DNA from: Folioceros fuciformis
Taxonomy: Eukaryota
Assembly (NCBI GenBank): GCA_049999805.1
Contig: JBNGIO010006382.1
Coordinates: 576,171-638,584 of the forward strand
Direction of reading: 5' to 3'
Length of the DNA: 62,414 nucleotides
Under the pieces are notes generated by a model, which had not been told where the DNA came from, ran no database searches, and saw only the letters and a program-made list of their open reading frames with translations. This document shows positions 1-11,026 of the stretch, in pieces. The first letter of the stretch is position 1. Every line of letters begins with the position of its first letter. Position numbers and translations under genes: made by a program.

Positions 1-1317
1 GGTATGGGAATTTCAAACGCCCGTTCCATGTGTCCGTTTCCCTGAATCCAAACAAGGGGAGGCGTCTGGCATGGCATGAGAGATTGGACGCTTGAGCAAC
101 AGCCTTGCGCACACCAACAATGCGTACCTGGCTGCGGGCCTGCTGATACCCGGTGCCGGTGTGTGTTCTGAGGTTCGGGTGTCATTAGATTCCCCACCTG
201 GTTTATCATCCACCTTGCCCGACTGCAGCAGGCGACAAGTGGCTGGCCCTGCTAAACGGATGACGAGCAAGGGGGGCGGAGAGGTGGAATTGAAGCAGAG
301 GCAACGGACCAACCATGTGTCCTGCTTACAGGTTGCCAGAAGATTCAAGCCAGCCGCACCACCGTCCTCTCTGCTCTTTGCTCTCGCTTTTTGCTGCTGC
401 TGCTATTGCCCGGTTTAGTTATCTGTAACCTCGTTTTCTTCTCCCTTCCAATGCTGCTGGCGCTGGCGCTGGCGCTGGTGCCTCGCTTGCCGCTGAAGCT
501 CGGCGAAGGCTGTGGACCCAGGCTGGTCTGGACCGGCNNNNNNNNNNNNNNNNNNNNNNNNNNNNNNNNNNNNNNNNNNNNNNNNNNNNNNNNNNNNNNN
601 NNNNNNNNNNNNNNNNNNNNNNNNNNNNNNNNNNNNNTCTGGACCGGCTTGGTCTGCATCCATAGGTTTTTTTTCTTTTCTTCCCTTGACCCCCTTTCTC
701 GGCAGGTTTTGGTTCATCCCCCCTTTGGTTTCCGACCGCTTTTGATTCGAGCTCCTTTCCCAGCGGGGCGCCGGGTGAATATACTGCGGTGCGGAGTGGG
801 GCAGGGCAGGGCATCCAGCCAGCCCTCGCTTCTCGTACTTCGCTCCGCTCCACTGCTTTCCAGGGTTGCTTTCCGGACCAACTTCCCGCCCTCAGCCTGT
901 ACGCTGCTTGTGTTTTTGAAGTTGCACAAGTTGCAAGGCACGCCACATCACGTCGCATCAACGTGTTGCCGGGTGGAAGGCCAGCCGGTCAGTTGGTGCC
1001 ACTCCCGCTCCTCGCACACCCAACGCCTGTGAAGTCCAATGGCGGGAGCCCGCACTGACCGGGTACCACGAGAAATTCGCGTGCTTCTTCATACTCTCCG
1101 TCCTGCCTCCAATCACTTGCATCACTGCTCCAAAGTCCCAAATGGGCGGGCTGCTGCGAAAGGGCGACAAGCAATCATTTCCTTTCCTTCCATTAAAGAA
1201 TCTCGCAGCTTGCTGCTTCCAACATACAATACTTGTGACAGGGACACAGCCACATCACACTCTCCATACGGTCCTACTCGTGTGTGTATGTCGTCATGCC
1301 CATGTCCTAGGGATACT

Positions 1318-4300
1318 TCATTCTCCTCCTCCTTCATTCCGTCCTTCCTTTCTGAGGATGTCGAAGAACACAGTCGGTTTCTTCCTGGCAGGCAGAAACA
1401 GTTTCTGCAACATTCGTAGCCATGGCAGGTCAGCCCACCCCAGCAGCACAGAGTAGCCCAACCCGAACCCACATTGCGAGGGCGACATGGGCATTGAAGT
1501 ATGTGTCTTACCTCCAGTGCTGAAGCCAAACGGAGCAGCGTTGCTTCGGACCACGGCCGTCCGATCAGCTGAAGGCCAATAGGCAACCCTTGGGCATCGT
1601 AACCCACCTGCAAAACGGGGACACTAATTCAGGAAACAAGCTTACATAAAACTTTAATGGCTGAGATTCAGTGAAGGATCAGGGAAGCTTACATACAGGG
1701 ACACTGATGGCTGGGAGCCCAGTGAAGTTGGGTCCAGGAAGGAAACGCATCAGGCAACCTGCAAAGGTTTCCAACACAGCACAAGCTTCGCTGCAGATGG
1801 CAAACGAAATGAAAGGACACCCCAAAACAGGACGAAGCATGACAAGGGAAGACACGGACCGGTAACCTCGAGGTCCATCTCGCCATTGGATAGAGCGTTT
1901 GTTGGGACAACTGGTGCTGTCATTCTGGACAAGCACATCCGTGTCAGGAACTAGCAGCAAGTAACCAATTTGATCATGTTTCATGACGGCTTCAACATCC
2001 GGTTTCTCTACATAGATGTGCTCGACTAGTCTATATCTAGAGACTGCACGTCGCAATGGGCTTCCTCTCAGCACCTTACCCCGTGGTGGGTGTTACGATT
2101 ACATCTACAGATTTGAATGCCTTCATGTGATGGTACATGACCCTTCGTCTGTAGCGCAGGTTAGTTAGCAGCTGGGGAACGCATATTCAGCTTGAACTCA
2201 TCCTGGATGTCGGAAAAGTGGAGGAAGGAGCTGCGGCATACATCGTTACCTCAGTCGCTGTGCTGCTAGATAATCACGAGAAGTGAATGTTCTGAAGAGT
2301 GCCAAATTCCCTCGCACTTCACAGCACAGCTGTGTCTTGTAGCTGCCAATAAGAGAAGAAGAGGTGAGCCTATGAAACAATCCTCTGGTTGTTCAAACGA
2401 GCTCGAGAAGAGCAGGTGCTTGCCCACTCTCATAGTCCGCATTGAGGGCTGTTGCAAGCTCGGAGCCGAGGGTTGCTAAGTGGCCAATGCGCAATTCATC
2501 CAACTCTGGAAGAAATATCTCCTTGATCTGTACGAGTCAAGTCAAGCACATCAGGAAACCGTTGGTGTGCAGAGTGCACAGCAGCTCAAGCAGCATCGAA
2601 CTTCACCTCGTTCCCATCCGTGCCTACTAACAGCTTGAGAGCATCGTCACATGCTTCTAGAACATCGTTGCTCTTCACATGATTGAACCACTGAACACAT
2701 TGACGACCACAAACGATGCTTTAGGCGTATGAGTTACAAGTGAGTCAAAGTGAAGAGCTGCTCGTGCCTACACACCACAGCCGAAGCTGTAGTGTCTAGC
2801 AGACATGGACTCGGTGGTCCTTACTGCTGAGTATTTGCCTATCCTCAACTTTCCGATGACAGATGAGAAATCTTTGAAATGTTGGGCACCTTCCAACATT
2901 GGGAACGTGTGTGGCACCTTCACAGGAACGGCTCACAGATACGCAAGTTTAGGAATCTCCAAGTGTGCAATCCGCAGGAAGGTGTCTCCCCTGAACCACT
3001 TGAACAGCACAATGAAACTCACCCGAGGGGACACATACACATCTTGAGGGTGACAACCAAGCATTCCTGCATAACTGCTATGGAGCAGATATGAAGCTAC
3101 ATCACAGTCCTGGGATTCACTAGAAGAACGGGAGCAGCATTCACTCATGCACAGATATATTCAAACATAAGTAAACAGCATCTGCTTACACAAGCAATGT
3201 GTCTTCCACAGTTGTTGCAGCTGGGCACACGACCTCCAATGTCCAACTAAGCGAGAGAACCCTGCATTTTAAGAGTCGAGGGCATTGATTAGTTCAGCAG
3301 AGACAATGCCCCGATTAATGAGAAGCAGCATCTTACCCAGCAAGAGTTGTTCGGCCAAACGTTGTTTTGAGACCCACCACCCCACAAAGTGAAGCTGGTA
3401 TACGCATGGAGCCTACAGCATACAAGCAAGCCACTTGGAAGGATATATGTTACAGGATCCTTTTTCACATGACCGCCAATGGATGGGAGAGTTGAAGGTG
3501 ATTAACCTCCACCATCCGTTCCAAGAGCCACAGGGCAGAGCCCGGACGACACAACTCCAATGGACCCTGCAGCTGAACCCCCGCTGTAGCATTGGACATT
3601 ATGAGGATTCCTCACCACCCTGCTCACAAGAAGATCACAAAGAAACGTGTGGCTAGTCACATTTTTCGCAACCAGAAACGCATTCCATGGACACAGACAT
3701 GCTGTATCTGATTGAAATGACCTGTACAAAATCAGATTACGGATGGTGAAGACTCTCACCCATAATGTGGGTTGTTGCCATTGACTCCTACACCAAGCTC
3801 GTTCATATTGGTCTTTCCCACGAAGATCATCCCACATTTTCGCAACTTGCAACACAGACAGCATCCTCTGTAACAGCTCTGACCCTCTGTAGCCATTTGC
3901 TCCCTCCTGTGAGAGGAAGGAAACAAACAAGGTCAGTGGCCGCTGTCGACCTGCTTCCAAGCAAGTCACTGTAGCGTACGAAGTCAGTCCAGTCCAGTCC
4001 AGGCTTGCCTGTGGTTGGATATGGGAGGCAATCAATATCGTCCTTCACGGCAATCAGTACCCCATCCAGTATTGACAAGGGCTTGTCTGTAGACATGTAT
4101 GAGTCGAGCAGGCTGGCAGTCAGCAAGGACACTGTTCCTAGCTTCAAGACTAGTTCAAGGTGCCATTGTTGTGTCACAGAACGCATGCTCTGTCCAACGA
4201 AGGCAGGCTAGCCTGCATCAAAGCTCAACAGGTACCCGCAGCAAAGCGTTCCGATGCCGCTGTGGCTTGTTGCCGAATGTCATACGCATCCGTGTTGATG

Positions 4301-5249
4301 AAGAATGACATAGGCGGGTACCTTGTCTGGGATTTCTCACAGGCTTTGATGAAACGTTCTGCAACCTGCCGACCATGGTGGTCACCACGTTCAAGGGTTG
4401 GCCTAGAGCCCATACCATGCACAAGAAGCGTGTGGCTTGCGCACGGTGGCTTCACCTCAGAGGGGGTGATGCTCTTGGTCCTGTATGCGTCGGCATAATC
4501 TCGAACTTTCCAGTACTTGAAAGGGTACTCGTTCTCCGATGCGACGGGGAGGCACAGCAGAGCTGATGCCACATGGATGGAAGGCTCCCACGTGGGCTGG
4601 CACTGGACTGTACCGTTCTCCGGTGGCACTTCCAGCACTGCATACACAGACGAAATGGAATTGAACGCAGTGATGACAACAGAGTCCAGGACTAGAATTG
4701 AAGTTCTACGTGCAGAATGAGGGCTAGATGGACCCATTCAGGCATAGGGCGAGAATCTAACTAGAACAGCAATTTCAAGAGCAGATCTAACCTTCAGACG
4801 GAAATTCAGGCACAAACATGGGCGCGTCAGGGATGGCTGTATGCGATAGCGTCTGTCCAGCAATGTCAGGAGCGAACGCTACTCCGACATGAGCAAAGTA
4901 GACAAGACGAGGGAGACAACCTGCTGGAACTTGTTTGTATCTTTGATGTGCGACAGCAGCAGACTCCCCAGCAGCCGGCTCTCCACGAGCCATCGAAACA
5001 GTTTGAGGCGGAATCCATGGAGCCTGGGACCTGCATCGGACCGATGGCCCTCTCAAAACTGAGGAAGAAAGCAATGCATCCTTCAGCTAGTTCAAATTCA
5101 ACAGATCCATCCCTGGATACAGAATGTGCTTCCTGCGGAGCATCAGAAGCAGAAAATTTTTGCACCTCACCTCTCAATTCCGTCGGCACATATTCCAAGT
5201 GCCTATCTGCGACTTGCTCCACTAGAAACAGGTGAACCTTGGTCGGCAT
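1318..5249 (-). CDS. FAAH: Fatty acid amide hydrolase (amidase-signature family), multi-exon, with an apparent 1-nt frameshift near 3848 (pseudogene or assembly error)
   Basis: Manually spliced exons are collinear with plant FAAH: MPTKVH...[174 protein letters not shown]. Confidence 0.9.
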
Positions 5250-5843
5250 TTTCGTGGGCTATTCAATGACAAACTATGAAACCAAGGCTCTCAGATCTCG
5301 CTGATCCATTAAGCCACTCCACGAACTGGCACGTCCTCGAGGCAAAGAGCAAGAGTGGATCAACGCCGTCTCAGAACTTGAGGAATTGCAGCGTCCTCGA
5401 GAATTGGCAGGTTCGCAAGAACGAATCCACAGTTGCTGCATGAAGTGCACAGTTGGACTCCGTGATTGATAACATGGCAGCAAAGTAGAAAGAGACTGTT
5501 TACAGATTTCGGAAATTCAAGCTGCCATATGTACATCAAACAGGCAGAAACATCCAAGACCAAGCATCTCCAACGAACACCGGGCCCGGCGACTCAGTAA
5601 CGTGGAGCGGAGAAGCGAAGGCCGTCTTGACAGCGTGCAGCCGTCACCGCCTTCCACTCTCATAGGACATCACGCCACCCACATTCACTCGAAAAGAAGT
5701 CACGCACGCCGGCTCTCCGTTTTGCAGAGAACACATGCACAAGGAGGAAAAGTGGTGCCCCAGTCTAAGATACAAAGGGAAGGTGTGAAGAAGTAACAGT
5801 GTTACGTCGGAAGGATTGTGCTCCGCGGACCACACGATCAAGG

Positions 5844-7870
5844 TTAGCCCAACCGAGTGCTGACCTCCAGCCCGTCCGACACATCGTCTCTATATTCCAG
5901 TGTGGAAGCAAGGTATCGACTTTCATACTTACCACCAGTCTGGACGTAGTCCAGATAGGTCTGCATTTGGGAACTGTACAGACCTGCGAGGAGGAAGCAT
6001 TTCATTGGGTTACTGCTTGCTGGATATGGGTGATGCCGCGATGGTCGCGGCGGGAAGTCAGGCATATAGACTTACCTGCGTTGTCCGCAACGACAAGGGC
6101 ACCTTCCGACAGGTGAGGCTCGGCAGCCTTGAGGTAGTCTATGTACTCAGAGGGCACCGCGTCCAGAAAGAGGAAGTCGATCTTGCCATCGAATTTCTGT
6201 AGCTGCTGCACGGCATCTCCCCACCTCACATCCACCTTCTTGCTCAGCTTTGCTTGGGAGATGAAACTGTTGACAGGGGTCACAAAGTTAGTGGGTGTCG
6301 GAGGAGACTGTTGCTTTCATTCCAGATTGCATTTTGGTCACGAGAAGTATTACCGTTTTGCAACAGCTACCCATTTCAAGTCCTTCTCAAAGGAAACGAT
6401 TTTGGATGACGGTAGTGACGCCTGGGCCATCTTGATTGCGGAGTATCCAGTGAAGGTTCCAACCTACATTTCATGACTTCAAGCAGCACGTTCCGATCAG
6501 CACAAGCAAACGCAGATAGGAAAGTGCAGCATTAGTGCAACACACAGCTTCAAGCCTGAGTGTCTATGCTATCAGCACACAGGAAGTTCTGTATGCCAAG
6601 GTCTCACCTCCACAATCGTTTGGGGTGCCCGCTGTCTGATCAAGTCCTGCAGCAGTGCTCCCTTCTGCAGGGCAACACAACCTCATCAATCCACGCCCTG
6701 AATGAGGAATCTTCTTCATAACCTTGATTTCAACATCAGAGCTTGATCAAACCTTTGGGCCAACTTGAGGGAGACCATCTTGAGCCCCCCATCGATCAAG
6801 CCGCCTGATTATCCACTCGTCGTCCACAGGCTTCAGCCTTGACATTGTTTCACCACTCTCATTCGTGTAGACTTCTCTGGAGGTCATGTGCACGCAATCG
6901 TCACTCACCGGGACACACAGGTGGTCAAAGAGAAACGTTCCATAATTCCCCATTGAAAGCACAAGCTTGTCACACCTGTCACCCCTTTTGATTTGAGCTT
7001 CTCGCACTTTCTTCCTCCTGGTTTTCTGAGCTTCAGCCTACAGCTCACGAACCAAGTCAGAGTCCCTCATTCGTGCCAAGGCATTGCGACACAAAGGTTA
7101 AATATCCCACCAAATCCGACCTGAATTCCTTCCCACACGTAAAGGCTACCGAACCCTATCGCCCCCAGCAGATTGATGGCCACATTACTGGACCCGCCAT
7201 TCGCCGCCTGCATTATACAGCACTCTACAATTCAGCCCAGGTCACTACATTCCGCTACCCAAAAATGGCAGCCAACTAAGATCTTCATTATCCCTCCACA
7301 CCTCAAAGCTCGGGTTGGCCAGAAGCTGAGACACAGAAATGAAGAATCCGACGACGCAGGATGCACCCCCGAAGGCGAATAGTATCCTGCCATTCCCAGT
7401 ACATGAAATCAACCCATCAATCACCTTTGGTCCAAAATCACGCAAAGCCACTGCCCAACAAAGAGCAGCATCGCCCACCTGCGGAGCGGCCTGGGCGCAA
7501 GAAAGTCGATGAAATTCCGCGAATCCTTGAGTTCGTCCTCCATCCTGGTCCGCCTCTCCTTGTCCTCCTGCGACAGGGGACTGAGCCTGCGGCGCCCTGT
7601 AGAGCCCACATTGCTAGACTGCTTGGGCCTGGCCTGCTCCACCTGCTCCTGCTCCGTCCCTCCGCTGGCAGTAAACACAGCGAATTTCCGTCTACCGCTG
7701 CACGGCCATCCCCTCTCTGCAGATCCCCCCGCCCCCAGCCTCCCCCGCCACCCTCTGTGAGGCCCCGCCCACAGGAACGAAGAAGCAGTTTGCGAGTAGG
7801 TGCTGCAGTCCCGGAGCAAGGCCAGCCCCGGCACCGGTGCGGATCTGCAGCCGGAAAGCGTGAGCTCCAT
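5844..7870 (-). CDS. Putative plastid membrane protein: transit peptide + DUF3493/LPA1-like two-TM domain + catechol O-methyltransferase-like SAM/Mg-dependent domain (9 exons)
   Basis: GT-AG exons (approx. 7870-7479, 7386-7302, 7207-7121, 7037-6976, 6876-6753, 6664-6608, 6463-6354, 6266-6076, 5983-5844) join in one frame. TM region: LRRILFAFGGASCVVGFFISVSQLL...NVAINLLGAIGFGSLYVWE. MTase motifs: VGPKKG, IVEVGTFTGYSAIKMA, IDFLFLD, VVADN, LEYRDDVSDGLEVS. Confidence 0.75.
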
Positions 7871-8539
7871 GGCAGAGAGCTAGCTGCGCCTCGTCCACAG
7901 GCCGAAACAGCGAAAATCACTGCGCTATGCGCGAGGAAGGAATCCAGATAGCTTGCCCTGTCTAGCCGCTTCCTCGCTGAGTGGGCTATGCCACTGAGAT
8001 GCGAACACCAATCAACCAAGCAGTGTACAAAGCGCTGGCTCAAATCTGACTTCGCGCATTCTGCACCGTCAACTGAACACAGAAGAATCCTACTTACAAA
8101 ACCAGCACAAACCAAGTGCGGGGGAATATGTTTTGTTTCTTGGACAACATGGTTGGGCCCTTCCTGCTTACTCCAAGCCTAATGGCTCTGGTACACTCAA
8201 GCCAAGCTCCGTTCCTCATTCGTTGCAAATCAAGAGGTCCGATAGGAGGCAATGTCTGGCTGGCATTGGGATCACCTTCTTGATCGCAATACTTGGAGAA
8301 AGTGTTTAGCTTCCAAACAAATCTTTCTCCAAGCAAACTCTGGGCTACGTTTACATGGGAGGTAATTGAGGTCAAATATCTCAAGGGCAGACAGAGTATA
8401 AACCCAATCAGTGAAGGGCCGCAGCCTGCAATCTGTGCCGCTACAAAAATTTCAACTTCCTCCACCACTCGTACCGCAATCCTAGTTTATCCTGACTTCC
8501 AAACTTACATGTCAGCGGAAGAGGAGCCAGAGTAAGCCA

Positions 8540-9284
8540 CTAAGCTCCATCCGGCTGCAGAAATGGATTAGCAATTTCATCTGTGCCGTCGGTGGGAGCG
8601 ACGAGCATCACTGCCGTCCCTCTGCAAACCTATCAAACGTTCACAGCAACCTTGTAAATAATCCATCCCTCTTCAACATACCGCAACCAAACATGCCTCC
8701 CTACAACAAGGTCCCGGGGCTTAGGCTTACGATGAGACCAAGAAATCTGGTCTGGTCCGTGGTCTTCAGCGGATCATCCTGATCTGCAAATCAGTAGAGT
8801 TATTTCAATTAAGAGCTACCAAAAGAGCCAGCAAACACCAAAGCTGCCAGGCTCAAGCCAGATCAAGACGCAGGAACCCTCACTCCAATACCTCGCAAGT
8901 TCTCCACGGTGTCGTCCAGCACCAAGTTCAGAAGCTGATCGTATCCTTTCAACACTCCTGTCACTGCGGAACGCTCGAGACAAGAGACTGATCAGCAACT
9001 CTGGCAGGTTGGCCAGACCTGCAAGAATACTTAGTTACCGGTGTACGAAGGCGCGTACCCTGCCTGCCGCCACTAAGCTTCACCGACACCCCCTTGTCCA
9101 CAAACTTTGCCAAGTCCAAGACAGTCTCTTTGCGTCCTGACTGCAACCACAGGACAATAGTCTCAGAGCAACCAAAGCCGTGCACACCCAAGCTCAAACC
9201 CCAAAACGCGTTCCTTCAAAATCTTGTCGGAACCCTCAATTTTTATCAGCGCCAAGACAGGTCAAGCGATCAGCCTCCCACCAT
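8540..9284 (-). CDS. LSM7: Sm-like protein LSM7 (U6 snRNP / decapping complex)
   Basis: First coding exon is the ATG alone (9284-9282, followed by GT), then SGRKETVLDLAKFVDKGVSVKLSGGRQ/VTGVLKGYDQLLNLVLDDTVENLR/DQDDPLKTTDQTRFLGLI/VCRGTAVMLVAPTDGTDEIANPFLQPDGA*. Confidence 0.95.
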
Positions 9285-11026
9285 GGCGTCGGGCGGAGGT
9301 GTGGCAGCTCACTCGGAATGATCAAGCTTGGTATTAACGAGCTTTCCAATTATGTTGAGTCCATCCTAGTTCTCATTTCATCCAGGTTCACACCTGGTGA
9401 AGCCCTCTACGAGTCCACTACCAGCATCTGGCACACACCACTGCTGGTGCTTGTCCAGCACTCCCCTACTCCTTGAGCACACCCCAACAGGTTAGCGACC
9501 AACGCCAACCTTACACCCCAGCCAGGCGGCAGGCAGCCGACAATTCGATGTTTCGCAAAGCACTGTTCAAATACTCGCTCCCAAATAAGCAGCACCGTCC
9601 TTGTCCCGTGCAGCAAGCGGCAACCCTAAGCACCAGCCTGCAAACCCTTGACTGCGTGAAGGCCTGACTGAACATAAGCGTGGTTGTGCGATGCTGTGCG
9701 GCAACCGTATTAAGAAATGACAGCGGAACGGATCTGGGAAACACGGCATCCTTCTCTTCTGCATACCTGCTACAGTTGTGCGAACATTGCCCCCATCAAA
9801 ATACCATACAATGCACTCTTCCAAAGTTACGGATGATTTGTCACTCCTGCAGTTTGCATCATTGTCTGGTTGTAGCTGGACGTTTCTGAGTTGTGTCCGC
9901 TGCACAGTTTAACTTCTTTCTTTTGTGTGCCAACGGGGAAATTCTCAACCGTAGAGACCCTCTCAAGTGCGCGAAGGGCTGGCAAAGCATCTGACCATCC
10001 AAGTATTCCAGGCAAGGTTCTTGGCACAGTGTCTGAGAGCTGATCCTGCATGCGTCTCTGGCAGCCTGTACATATTACTATTGCAACACCTGGCCAATGC
10101 TGAAGCATATTAAGGCTTTGAGAAAGTCGAGAGGCCGGTCAGTCCCTGTGGTGGAAGCTGGCAGCACTAGGTAGCGATATGTCATGCCAAGTCTTTCTTG
10201 AACAGCGTAGCTAAAGGACATCAACACCCGGAGCAAGCAACCACTGAGGCTGAACGATGCTTGTGGTGGAAAAGGTTGGCAAGGGCCGGAATATTTGGGA
10301 ATACAATTGTCATGTAGTGAGTACCACTCAACCCACCAGGTTGCTCTTATTAATTTTCATTGTTCAGCCTCTGAGTCCCTGAGTTTTAGATGGATTTTTT
10401 TGGCGATGGCACGAAATGCTGAACAAGAACAAGAAGAAGAACAAGAGAGGGGTAGAGACTACAGGAGTTAGCGTGGGGCCAGAGTGGGCTGCTTTGGCAA
10501 CGTGCAGGCCCGCGCCGCGGTTTCAGCGGAGCGGTACACGAGCCTGCCTCGATCTTTGTGGACGGCAACAGAGCTAGCGCGACCCAGTCCAATGGACGCG
10601 GAGACGTTGAGAGACAAGGGAAATATAGGGCGGGCGAGGCTGGCGTGGGGAAAGGGGGTTTCTCGGGCATACAATGAAAGCATCCAACCATCCATTCCGT
10701 GACATAGCCCATGTCATTTTCTGCGTCGGGGGAGTGCTCGGGGCTGCGCGTTGCGTGGGAAGCGGCAGGGGTTCGGGACGGCAAGTGGAAGGGGAAGGGA
10801 AGGAGAGACTGCGGCTGTTGCCCCGATGCGTTTCCGGGGTCTCCTGGAGTGAGGCCAGCTGCAGCGAGCTGGGGAGGCTGTTGTGCATGAGATGCGGCAG
10901 CGGCACACACACATGATGGTGAGGGGAAGGCTGAGGCTAGCCGGAGCTGCTCTCTCGCAGGAGGGGAGCAAGCCCTAATGCCGTTTGCTGAGATGGCGCG
11001 GGTTTGAGCGGCGGAGGCAGCGAGCT

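Noticed and set aside
1-1030. Several 100-200 aa ORFs and possible minus-strand exons (donor-like sites near 128 and 329) at the left edge
   Set aside because: No recognisable protein motif, and the ORFs cross an N gap. This may be the 5' end of a gene outside the window, but it cannot be supported.
6747-7007. Stand-alone methyltransferase starting at ATG 6953 (MGNYG...)
   Set aside because: That ATG lies inside a 99-nt in-frame GT-AG intron (6975-6877). The upstream exons join in frame, so one longer gene is the better model.
1318-7870. FAAH + COMT-like neighbours as a metabolic gene cluster
   Set aside because: No shared pathway is evident, predicted locations differ, and adjacency is expected in such a gene-dense genome.
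9300-10900. Short ORFs between LSM7 and EXO70
   Set aside because: No consistent exon chain or known motif in any frame.
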